From NCBI GenBank assembly GCA_048128005.1, contig JBEUKZ010000073.1:45804-65803 (forward strand): 20,000 nucleotides of DNA, in the 5' to 3' direction. This DNA is from Veleropilina oligotropha (taxonomy: Eukaryota). The translations under genes and the position numbers were made by a program. The notes beneath the pieces are model-generated. The model saw only the letters and a list, made by a program, of their open reading frames with translations. It had not been told where the DNA came from and made no database searches. The stretch's first letter is position 1; the number at the start of each line of letters is the position of its first letter. Of the stretch, positions 8,531 through 20,000 are shown piece after piece.

Positions 8531-8690
8531 TAGTCGGGCATAGTATTTACGATTAGTCATTGCTCGGCCGCCGCAGAGATTTCTTGTGTGGGCACTATAT
8601 TGAAAAGTTCTAAACCGATTTCATTCAAAGTTGGTATGCGCGTTAGCTATACTGGGTCGATGATTTGCTAGTTATTTGCGGAATGTCACA
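8531..8690 (+). mobile_element. Possible fragment of a Helentron-associated non-autonomous element (second copy about 17810-17968)
   Basis: CTTGTGTGGGCACTATATTGAAAAGTTCTAAACCGATTTCATTCAAAGTTGGTATG resembles the core repeat of invertebrate HINE/pearl-type elements. Recognised from memory; no termini found. Confidence 0.35.
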
Positions 8691-8890
8691 GTATCGCCAG
8701 CAACTTAAATTTAATCGATTGCTAATCGTTGTCTTTTATTATCACAAAATTATTAAGTAGTTTGATCTGGATTGATCATGCAGCTGAACTCAATGATCGT
8801 TACCGTGATCTAACTTTTTAATTACATTGTAGATTCCTCAATTCATTTTATTGACAAGATGTTCAAGTTAAATTATCATGTTTGTCATGT

Positions 8891-9205
8891 TATATATACA
8901 TACACACACACATGCATGCATGCATGCATGCATGCATGCATGCATGCATGCATGCATGCATACATGCATACATGCATACATGCATACATGCATACATGCA
9001 TACATGCATACATGCATGCATGCATGCATACATGCATACATGCATACATGCATACATGCATACATGCATACATGCATACATGCATACATGCATACATGCA
9101 TACATGCATACATGCATACATGCATACATGCATACATGCATACATGCATACATGCATACATGCATACATGCATACATGCATACATGCATATATATATATA
9201 ATATA

Positions 9206-9250
<45 letters not shown>

Positions 9251-9390
9251 CATATATATATATACATATACATACATACATACATACATACATACATACA
9301 TGCATGCATGCATGCATGCATGCATGCATGCATGCATGCATGCATGCATGCATGCATGCATGTATGTATGTATGTATGTATGTATGTATG

Positions 9391-9475
<85 letters not shown>
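8891..9475. repeat. Compound microsatellite (CATG)n/(TACATGCA)n/(TACA)n/(TATG)n/(TA)n (second copy about 18169-18706)
   Basis: Read directly from the sequence. Confidence 0.97.
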
Positions 9476-9478
<3 letters not shown>

Positions 9479-9586
9479 AAAATGAGGCTCCCAGCAGGAG
9501 GCACACATTAACAGGTCTCCGCAAGAAATGTGAGTAATGTCAATATTAGTATATTTAAAGTAATCCGATGAACTCCTAAATCTGTT

Positions 9587-10426
9587 ATGTCGAAAAAGAG
9601 AGCAATCGGCGATAGATCAGACGTCTCAGATTACGATTTAACTGATCTAAAGAAGACGAAAGAAATTGACTCGTCAATGTCAACAGAATATAGTGAAATC
9701 GACATCAACAATATGGCGACTAACACGATTAGCGAAGAAGTTGACGATCATGCTTGTGAACTATTTATAAGCAATTTTCAAAACGCACTTAGAAATCCAC
9801 TAACTCGTCAATTGCTGGGAGATATCATTAACAATGAATTAATTAAAAAAATCGAAATTCAAGAATCTGAAATTTCTGTGCTAAAAGATAAAGTTGAGTC
9901 GCTTGATCTAAAAAATGACGCCCTCGAACAATATACCCGTCGGAACTCACTACGTATATACGGCATTCCAGAAACGGATGGGGAAAATACTGACAAAGTA
10001 ATTGTTGACTTCGTGAAAAAAGATCTGGATGTAACAATCTCCCTTGACAGTATTGACCGCAGCCATCGCCTCGGACGACCGAACGCCACTAGAGGTCCAC
10101 GACCACTAATAGTAAAACTTATAAGTTACCGTACTCGGCAACTAATATACAAGAAGAGGACATCGCTACGTAGACGAGGCAACACGGTCTTCATAAATGA
10201 AGACTTAACCGCACGACGAGCTCTTCTTGCCAAACGGGCGAGGGAAATTCGTAGAGATCGACCTCAACAGATCGCCAATACGTGGACTTCGGACGGTCGA
10301 GTTTTTATTGAAGAATCAGGCGCTCTAGGCGGAAACGTGAAAGTCATTAATAGTACTGAAGATTTAGCAAGATACCACCGACTAAACATTTCAATAGTCA
10401 CGTCCACCCCAGCAACCCACCACTGA
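9587..10426 (+). CDS. LINE ORF1p (coiled coil plus L1/Tnp_22-type RRM and CTD), 279 aa, intact
   Basis: Motifs LEQYTRRNSLRIYGIPE, IDRSHRLG, PRPLIVKL, VFINEDLT and TWTSDGRVFI. Confidence 0.9.
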   Translation: MSKKRAIGDRSDVSDYDLTDLKKTKEIDSSMSTEYSEIDINNMATNTISEEVDDHACELFISNFQNALRNPLTRQLLGDIINNELIKKIEIQESEISVLKDKVESLDLKNDALEQYTRRNSLRIYGIPETDGENTDKVIVDFVKKDLDVTISLDSIDRSHRLGRPNATRGPRPLIVKLISYRTRQLIYKKRTSLRRRGNTVFINEDLTARRALLAKRAREIRRDRPQQIANTWTSDGRVFIEESGALGGNVKVINSTEDLARYHRLNISIVTSTPATHH

Positions 10427-10809
10427 TTAAAAAACTTCGCTTCTTCATTATTAACATTGTTCAATACACCTCAAATATTTCAAAGATTATCATTATCTTA
10501 TTATCATGATACTCCGAGTTGAGAACTTGGAAATATTCATTTATTATGAATCTATGTAAAATAGCTATATTTCGTGTGTCACGTGACTAGGAGGTGAATA
10601 TTACAAAGTTAATTATAATGAACTTAATTTATCAATCCATATATAGGGTTGCTTTGATTGGTTTCTTTTTTCTTTTAATTTCTTAGTGAATTTGCTATTA
10701 ATGAACTATATATTTCTTGCTGTTACGTGTCTCAATTGTACTCCATCTGTGTCCAATCTTTATTTATATACTACAGGCTATATTACTTTATTCTCGTGAA
10801 ATATCAAAC

Positions 10810-13800
10810 ATGCCCATTGATAACTCATGTCATCGATTGAGAATTGGAATATTTCAAAATATTAAATTTACCAAAGTTCCATTTCAATTTAAATTCTCTG
10901 ATCTCAGGGAAAATGGTTCAAAAGCACGTTTTAAATTATTTGTAGCATTGTTAACCTTTTCCTATAGTAGCTCCCAAATCGCGCTATTGCTGTCGTTGCT
11001 GATCATGATATGTGGCGATATACATCCAAATCCTGGTCCATTGACTCTACCAAAAAACGTAACTTTCTTTTTTAATAACATTCGAAGTTTACTACCAAAT
11101 ATGGACATACTTGAGGCAGAAATCAATAACTATGATATAATTGCACTGTGTGAAACATGGTTAGATGATACCATTTCTGATGACCAGTTATATATTGCAA
11201 ATTATAATATATTGCGTAATGACCGTAATCGACATGGCGGCGGTGTTGTTTTGTACATTTCTAATAAATATAGTTTTTCTAGATTGAGACATATCGAGGT
11301 CCGCAGTGTTGAAATGATTTGCGCATCTATCAAAATCTATAATAAAAGTTTCATTATATGTTGCGTATATCGACCTCCGAATATAAATCTTACTGCTTGG
11401 CAAACTGATTTCATAACATTTCTTGAAGCTACCGAGCAAGTGACTACTCCTGTAATAATTTTTGGAGATCTAAACGTAAATTTTTTAAGTGAAAACTCTT
11501 TACCAACTCTAAATTTATTTCTAAGTTTTAATTTTTCTCAAATGGTTAACGCACCAACGCGAATAACCATTGGGTCCTCAACAATGATTGACGTTGTGTT
11601 TACAAATTATCCTGCGAATATTTCAAATACTACAGTATTGGATCCAATATGTAGTGACCATTGTCCAATAAAGATAATTTTACGATTGACGAAAAAATCA
11701 CCCGTGTGTTATACACGCAAAATTTGGCAGTACAACTTAGCGAATTATGACCTTCTCTCTGACTTAGTAAGAAATTTCCAATGGCAATGTATATTTGATG
11801 AACCAGATATTGATGTAATGTCTGTAAATTTTAGCGAATCCCTTAAAAATATGATTAATGCATCAATTCCGTCCAAAATTGTCACTATCAGACCCAACGA
11901 TAAACCATGGTTTAAAAGTGACATCAAAAAGTGGATGCGGAAACGTAATCGAGTGCATGCACGGTGCAAGCGTGATAATACTCCACATTTATGGGCTAAA
12001 TTTAGAAGATTAAGAAATAAGGTAATTGACCTTGTTCGATCTGCAAAACGAAATTATAATGATAATATATATAAAAAAATTAATCTTGACTCTAGTAAGT
12101 CTAAAACATGGTGGAAATTACTTAAATCTGCTTATGAGGTTAATAAAAATGATAAAATAAAATTTATTAAGAATACTGCTAATGTAGAAGTGACTGATGA
12201 TATAGAGATTGCTGATGTTTTGAATTCGCATTTCTGCAGAATATCTACGGTTGATGATAGTAACGCTGTCCTACCTGACCTCGAATTAAAAACAGAACGT
12301 ACACTGGACAATGTTATAATATACGAAGGAGATGTGTACGATGCTATAAAAAGCCTTAAGCATGGCAAAGCGTCTGGTCCAGACGATATAAATGCCACAG
12401 TATTAATTCGGATAAATGCAGCCATAAGTAGACCACTTTGTATTCTCTTTAATAAATGCCTATGTGCAGGTATATTTCCTAGTATTTGGAAATGCTCAAT
12501 AGTTGCACCGGTATTCAAGAAAGGAGACGCATGTGAACCCGGCAATTACAGACCGATTTCCTTAACAAGTCACATTGGAAAACTCTTTGAGAAGGCGGTA
12601 TTCAAATATCTATACTCTTACTTAATTGCTAATAATCTTATTTACCCTTATCAATCAGGATTTTTACCAGGTCACTCGACGTCGTATCAATTACTTGAAA
12701 TTTATAACAAAATAATGCTTGAATTAGATAATGGAAATTGTGTTACCTCAATATTTTGTGATGTATCAAAGGCTTTTGATAGAGTATGGCATCGTGGTCT
12801 TATTGCTAAATTATAATGTTACGGAATAACCGGTAACTTACTTGCCTGGTTCACAAATTACTTATCTGATAGGCTGCAAAGTGTTAGAGTGAACAATTCT
12901 TTATCTACCCAACAACACGTTTATGCTGGTGTTCCACAAGGCTCGGTACTGGGTCCAATTCTATTTTTAATTTATATAAATGACATTATAGAAACCATCA
13001 ACTTCGGCGATACTAGGTTATATGCTGACGATACGTCATTATTGTACTCCCATTCGCCAGAGGTCAACATTGAAGACTCGATTAACTATGATATATCAAA
13101 ACTTGTAGAATGGTCAAATATTTGGCTTGTTAATTTCAATGCTTCTAAAACCGAACACTTAATGATATCTCGAGCGCGAAATAACGTCCATCTAAATCTA
13201 GTCATGGACAATGACCCAGTTACAACTGTTTTATCACACAAACATTTAGGATTGACTTTTAACAGTAATGGAACATGGAGTGATTATATCAATGGTATGT
13301 TAAGTAAGTGCTCAAAACTGATAGGTGTTTTTCGAACATTCAAATACAAACTTAATCGAAAGACATTAAAAACAATATATGTATCATTTATAAGACCTCG
13401 TCTCGAATATTGCTCTGTTGTTTGGAGTAACTGTACAGAACAAGAATCAGACAACATAGAAAAAATTCAAAATGAGGCGATCCGAATAATTTCCGGTCTT
13501 CCGCAATGGTGTCAGCTCGATCGGCTTCGAAAAGAAATTGCAATTGAAAAATTAAAAACTAGACGGTCTAATCAAAGGTTATTTTTATTTTACAAAATAG
13601 TAAATAATTTATGCCCACCGTACTTACATATGCTTTTACCTCCTACTATAGGACAGCTATCCCAGTATACAACAAGAAACAGTAGGACATATGCTATCCC
13701 CTTGGCGCACACTGAATCCTATAAAAAATCTTTCTTCCCAGCGACAACAAACGACTGGAATAGATTACCAGCTGCTGTCAGGGAATCCGAATCATTGCAG

Positions 13801-14169
13801 ATTTTCAAAAATAAATTTCGTAATCCAGAGCACAACGTCAATCATTTTGATTATGAACTTGATCGGAAGTCGGCAATTGCTCATTGTAGAATAAGAAATC
13901 AGTGTAGTTGCCTAAACTATGACTTATATAGGATGAATATTATTAATAGCCCAGTATGCCTTTGTGGCTTCCCAATTGAAGATGCAAATCATTACTTTCT
14001 ACACTGCCCTGAATATCACATCATTAGACAGATTATGCTTAATGATATTGGAATTCTAACTCCAATAAATACAATTCTATTTGGAAGAAATGAACTCGAC
14101 ACCGCCAGCAATATCTCAATTTTCAAATCGGTCCAGAGTTTCATAAGAAAATCTAACCGTTTTAATTAG
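10810..14169 (+). pseudogene. LINE ORF2p: AP endonuclease, reverse transcriptase and C-terminal CCHC finger, with one in-frame stop at 12814-12816
   Basis: APE: NIRSL, LCETWL, GGGV, YRPP, GDLN, SDH. RT: KASGPD, YRPISL, QSGF, DVSKAFD, GVPQGSVLGP, YADD. Finger: CLCG...EDANHYFLHC. Track ORFs 10717-12816 and 12889-14169 share a frame (LIAKL*CYGITG). First ATG is at 10810. Confidence 0.93.
10981..11040 (+). other. 2A-like (StopGo-type) peptide before the endonuclease
   Basis: ALLLSLLIMICGDIHPNPGP versus the canonical D[V/I]ExNPGP; here E is replaced by H. Confidence 0.65.
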
Positions 14170-14197
14170 TATCAAATTGTAAATATCTAAATAATAA

Positions 14198-14454
14198 TCT
14201 TAATATAATGGAGCTATAATTGTATGTGTGTGTGTCTGTCTGTCTGTTTCAAGTTGAACTCCTCCCAGACGCTTTGACCTAGGACCTTCAAACTTTGGGG
14301 GGTTAATCGGGGTCCCCCAAGGAAGGTTTACCCCGAAAAAAATTCGGAAAATTCGGAAAAAAAAATAAATATTTAAGGGAGCACTATCCAAAAAAAAAAA
14401 AAAAAAAAAATGGGGTGGGGGGACTTGCCCGTCGAAGACGGGTACCATAGCTAG
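14198..14454 (+). mobile_element. Non-autonomous Helitron (257 bp) in the LINE 3' UTR
   Basis: Starts TC and ends CTAG, inserted between A and T with no TSD. Subterminal hairpin CCCGTC-GAA-GACGGG at 14428-14442 and a (GT)/(GTCT) tract near the 5' end. Confidence 0.8.
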
Positions 14455-14803
14455 TAATAATAACGATATTTGCAAAGTGTGATTCATAATTAGATTGGTA
14501 AATGTGTGCATTCAGTATACACCAATTATCGGTCAACAATAGTATCCATCCTTCTTTTATTTATTCATTTGAACCTATATCACTTGCATAATTTTATATC
14601 CATATTATGTATTTTGTACACCACTTCTGTTACTTTGTGCATATTCCAACGGCGCGATGATTCCTATAGGCTTTGTCCTGTTTTCAAATCGCCATACTGT
14701 TAATATAGTTATACTTCAGTTATATATTATCCTCTGTAATAACTTAAATGTTATCTACTTTGTATACATATCTGCATTTGTAGTTACAATAAAATACCTT
14801 TAA

Positions 14804-15625
<822 letters not shown>

Positions 15626-15628
<3 letters not shown>

Positions 15629-16689
15629 GTTAGATCATGCTAAAGAGTGTATATGTTGGATAGACACAGTTTTCATCGTTGATTAAGTGTGAAATCGGAC
15701 CATTGTTCGAGTGCGAAGCACGAGTGCAATGATCCGATTTCACACTTAATCAACGGTGGAAAACTGTGTCTAGCCAACATATTCACGAGTTACATGGTCT
15801 AACCGATTTAGGCGATACAGTAGAACAATAATTTATATTAGGTATTTTTTCATGTAAGAGACGAAAACGATGTAGGACTTTTCCAAATTTAGAGATTTGA
15901 CTGTGAGTTGTTGGATTTAGACTTCCAAGATGATGTTACTTCTCCGAAGAATGCAGTGAAGTCCACCCATTATTTGCAGGTATAGGTATGATATTTGTTA
16001 CGATTTACTGTTTTTCACAGGGGCAGATGCAGGATTTGGAGAATGTGAGTGTCCAACTTTTATGATTATACTATCAGCTGTGAAAAAAGTTGACAATTAA
16101 CGGTGTGAAACCCTCTCCTACATTCTGACGGTGTAAAACGCGATAATTTTGACCATCAAATTTGTGATTGGTAAAAAAGTGGATGACTGGATGTCTGGAA
16201 CGCACCCGTTTGATTAAAATTATATCCGCCCATGTATTCATGTCATGCTCTGCGAATTTTCATTTAAATGTGTAAATACAATATAAAGTGATCATGAATT
16301 GTATCATCCTTTTGCTTGATATAATATACAATTTTAGCCTCAAATATTCTTAAATATACTGTAAATAAGCATTTAAACTGGTCAAATGGAGACCTGGGCC
16401 TCAAGATTATAAAGACTCTTATGAAACTCAGCTCAGACTCTGCAATGATCAAGAGTGTTGATTTGAGTACGAAACAGTCACCAGAGTATGAGATCGTACT
16501 CAGCAGACCACTATAATCTTTGACCCTGACCACTTCAGCCGCCTGTTGAAAATTATCACATTTCATTGTTCAGGTTTGGCTAATAAACGACGCGTGAACA
16601 TCAGCCCATTGTTTTCATATACCACGCTAAAAGTGAATATCAAAGATAGACACAGTTTTGTAACAAAAGAATCTCCATGAAGTATCGTC

Positions 16690-16693
<4 letters not shown>
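15626..16693. mobile_element. Second copy of the palindromic non-autonomous element
   Basis: Same sequence as 6341-7410. Confidence 0.6.
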
Positions 16694-16736
<43 letters not shown>

Positions 16737-16745
16737 ACATTATAA

Positions 16746-16888
<143 letters not shown>

Positions 16889-17168
16889 TATAAATAGTTC
16901 TGGTTATACATTAATTAATCCAGTATTTATTGTTTACTGTGTTGAAGAAGCTTTTCTATCCAGTAATACTTTGATATGCAAATGAACACATCAAGATACA
17001 CGATCATGCAATTCGTGGCGCAGTGGCTTTATGCAAATTAGATGATGAGGTCATTTGAACGCTGCTATAAAATATCTTCACAGCTTCTATTTTATTTTAG
17101 TTCATTTAAAGCGATAGTGCTCTTTTCGATATGCGTGAACTTCTTGTTGTAGTGCAGGGGCGCAGGAG

Positions 17169-17614
17169 GTGCAGATTCTTAACCCAAACATTAGCAAATC
17201 TTTTGGTTTTGTTCCGCGTTCACACTCGATTATTCACCCAGTTTCACATGGTGCTCTTTTGCAAATGATCAATATAGGTGACATTGGCAGATGCAGACCA
17301 TCTGACCTCTGGTTGTTAACAGGTGAAACGAAGGATAGCTTTGCAAACTTGGTTGAAACTCTAAGAGACGCCGTGGAAAGACCAATGCGGGACGGAATGT
17401 CAGAAGATGCCGACGTATGGCCCCAGAGTACGAATACCACTAACGATAGTGTGGTTAAGACACTATCCGACGCTGAGCACCTTGTCGGGAGCCTTTTCCG
17501 CCAGTGTCACAAATATTCATGTACTACTTGTGGTTGTAATACAATCCATAAATGAAATTGTAGTGCCAAGAGAAGTATACTGGCAAGACGAACGAACGTG
17601 GGACACTTTTCAAG
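17169..17614 (+). pseudogene. Second copy of the transposase remnant, with two 1-bp deletions
   Basis: Same sequence as copy 1 except GCGGGAC vs GCGGGGAC and CGAATACC vs CGAAATACC, which split the frame. Confidence 0.65.
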
Positions 17615-18448
17615 GTATGAATATAATAATTAACTAAAATATACCGTTAAATCTACCACATCGGCTACAAGTTGTTTTTTATCATGAAGGGGCATAACTT
17701 ACTGGTGCATTTCAGCATAAGATAATTTTATGAATATAAATTAAACTACTACATTTAAAATAATGATATTTGTGTCTGAGATCGGCAGTTTATTGTATCC
17801 CTGAACAATAGTCGGGCATAGTATTTACGATTAGTCATTGCTCGGCCGCCGCAGAGATTTCTTGTGTGGGCACTATATTGAAAAGTTCTAAACCGATTTC
17901 ATTCAAAGTTGGTATGCGCGTTAGCTATACTGGTCGATGATTTGCTAGTTATTTGCGGAATGTCACAGTATCGCCAGCAACTTAAATTTAATCGGATTGC
18001 TAATCGTTGTCTTTTATTATCACAAAATTATTAAGTAGTTTGATCTGGATTGATCATGCAGCTGAACTCAATGATCGTTACCGTGATCTAACTTTTTAAT
18101 TACATTGTAGATTCCTCAATTCATTTTATTGACAAGATGTTCAAGTTAAATTATCATGTTTGTCATGTTATATATACATACACACACACATGCATGCATG
18201 CATGCATGCATGCATGCATGCATGCATGCATACATGCATACATGCATACATGCATACATGCATACATGCATACATGCATGCATGCATGCATGCATGCATA
18301 CATGCATACATGCATACATGCATACATGCATACATGCATACATGCATACATGCATACATGCATACATGCATACATGCATACATGCATACATGCATACATG
18401 CATACATGCATACATGCATACATGCATACATGCATACATGCATACATG

Positions 18449-18531
<83 letters not shown>

Positions 18532-18641
18532 CATATATATATATACATACATACATACATACATACATACATACATACATACATGCATGCATGCATGCAT
18601 GCATGCATGCATGCATGTATGTATGTATGTATGTATGTATG

Positions 18642-18706
<65 letters not shown>

Positions 18707-18709
<3 letters not shown>

Positions 18710-20000
18710 AAAATGAGGCTCCCAGCAGGAGGCACACATTAACAGGTCTCCGCAAGAAATGTGAGTAATGTCAATATTAGTATATTTAAAGTAATCCGAT
18801 GAACTCCTAAATCTGTTATGTCGAAAAAGAGAGCAATCGGCGATAGATCAGACGTCTCAGATTACGATTTAACTGATCTAAAGAAGACGAAAGAAATTGA
18901 CTCGTCAATGTCAACAGAATATAGTGAAATCGACATCAACAATATGGCGACTAACACGATTAGCGAAGAAGTTGACGATCATGCTTGTGAACTATTTATA
19001 AGCAATTTTCAAAACGCACTTAGAAATCCACTAACTCGTCAATTGCTGGGAGATATCATTAACAATGAATTAATTAAAAAAAATCGAAATTCAAGAATCT
19101 GAAATTTCTGTGCTAAAAGATAAAGTTGAGTCGCTTGATCTAAAAAATGACGCCCTCGAACAATATACCCGTCGGAACTCACTACGTATATACGGCATTC
19201 CAGAAACGGATGGGGAAAATACTGACAAAGTAATTGTTGACTTCGTGAAAAAAAGATCTGGATGTAACAATCTCCCTTGACAGTATTGACCGCAGCCATC
19301 GCCTCGGACGACCGAACGCCACTAGAGGTCCACGACCACTAATAGTAAAACTTATAAGTTACCGTACTCGGCAACTAATATACAAGAAGAGGACATCGCT
19401 ACGTAGACGAGGCAACACGGTCTTCATAAATGAAGACTTAACCGCACGACGAGCTCTTCTTGCCAAACGGGCGAGGGAAATTCGTAGAGATCGACCTCAA
19501 CAGATCGCCAATACGTGGACTTCGGACGGTCGAGTTTTTATTGAAGAATCAGGCGCTCTAGGCGGAAACGTGAAAGTCATTAATAGTACTGAAGATTTAG
19601 CAAGATACCACCGACTAAACATTTCAATAGTCACGTCCACCCCAGCAACCCACCACTGATTAAAAAACTTCGCTTCTTCATTATTAACATTGTTCAATAC
19701 ACCTCAAATATTTCAAAGATTATCATTATCTTATTATCATGATACTCCGAGTTGAGAACTTGGAAATATTCATTTATTATGAATCTATGTAAAATAGCTA
19801 TATTTCGTGTGTCACGTGACTAGGAGGTGAATATTACAAAGTTAATTATAATGAACTTAATTTATCAATCCATATATAGGGTTGCTTTGATTGGTTTCTT
19901 TTTTCTTTTAATTTCTTAGTGAATTTGCTATTAATGAACTATATATTTCTTGCTGTTACGTGTCTCAATTGTACTCCATCTGTGTCCAATCTTTATTTAT
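18707..20000 (+). mobile_element. Second copy of the CR1/L2-group LINE, 5' part (cut by the window end)
   Basis: Matches 9476-10767. Confidence 0.92.
18818..19659 (+). pseudogene. ORF1 copy 2 with two +1 A frameshifts in homopolymers (real or sequencing error)
   Basis: A8 vs A7 near 19080 and A7 vs A6 near 19250; span is 842 nt vs 840 nt in copy 1. Confidence 0.8.

Larger units (their letters stand above)
9476..14803 (+). mobile_element. Full-length CR1/L2-group non-LTR retrotransposon inserted in (TA)n
   Basis: Short 5' UTR, ORF1, ORF2 (APE-RT-ZnF), 3' UTR stem-loop at about 14651-14693, AATAAA at 14788-14793, and (TA)n on both flanks. Confidence 0.92.

Noticed and set aside
12814..12816. 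Programmed readthrough at the ORF2 TAA
   Set aside because: It falls in the middle of RT at a normally sense codon, with no readthrough context; a point mutation or error is simpler.
9843..14703. Short ORFs overlapping the CR1/L2 element (e.g. 9843-10089, 11188-11439, 12132-12545, 14200-14703)
   Set aside because: Antisense or off-frame shadows, or UTR/Helitron sequence, with no recognisable motifs.

Overview
Eukaryotic, AT-rich, repeat-only DNA, probably from a marine invertebrate (inferred from the TE families). No intact host gene is visible. The window has two parts. (1) At 1-5360, a decayed tyrosine-recombinase-like reading frame is split by one 5.07-kb minus-strand insertion (190-5261) with a perfect 13-bp target-site duplication (AGGTTAACATGGA at 177-189 and 5262-5274). 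The insertion is an internally deleted I/Nimb-type LINE: structured 5' UTR, ORF1 start, ORF1 zinc knuckles, ORF2 C-terminus only, and an (AATC)n tail. The middle of its ORF1 is replaced by about 2.9 kb of foreign cargo: a Polinton/adintovirus block (pPolB, two small ORFs, packaging ATPase) and a Gypsy protease fragment. Between the convergent Polinton genes sits a complete-looking type III hammerhead ribozyme (3215-3278, minus strand). (2) At about 5840-20000, a ~9.25-kb unit repeats head-to-tail (6301-10767 matches 15582-20000). The unit holds compound purine-pyrimidine microsatellites, a palindromic non-autonomous DNA element with a nested MITE, a Harbinger/ISL2EU-type transposase remnant, and a near-intact full-length CR1/L2-group LINE. 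That LINE has an intact ORF1, a 2A-like leader, APE-RT-ZnF ORF2 with one nonsense codon, and a small Helitron in its 3' UTR. Most long ORFs in the supplied track are microsatellite or antisense artefacts.
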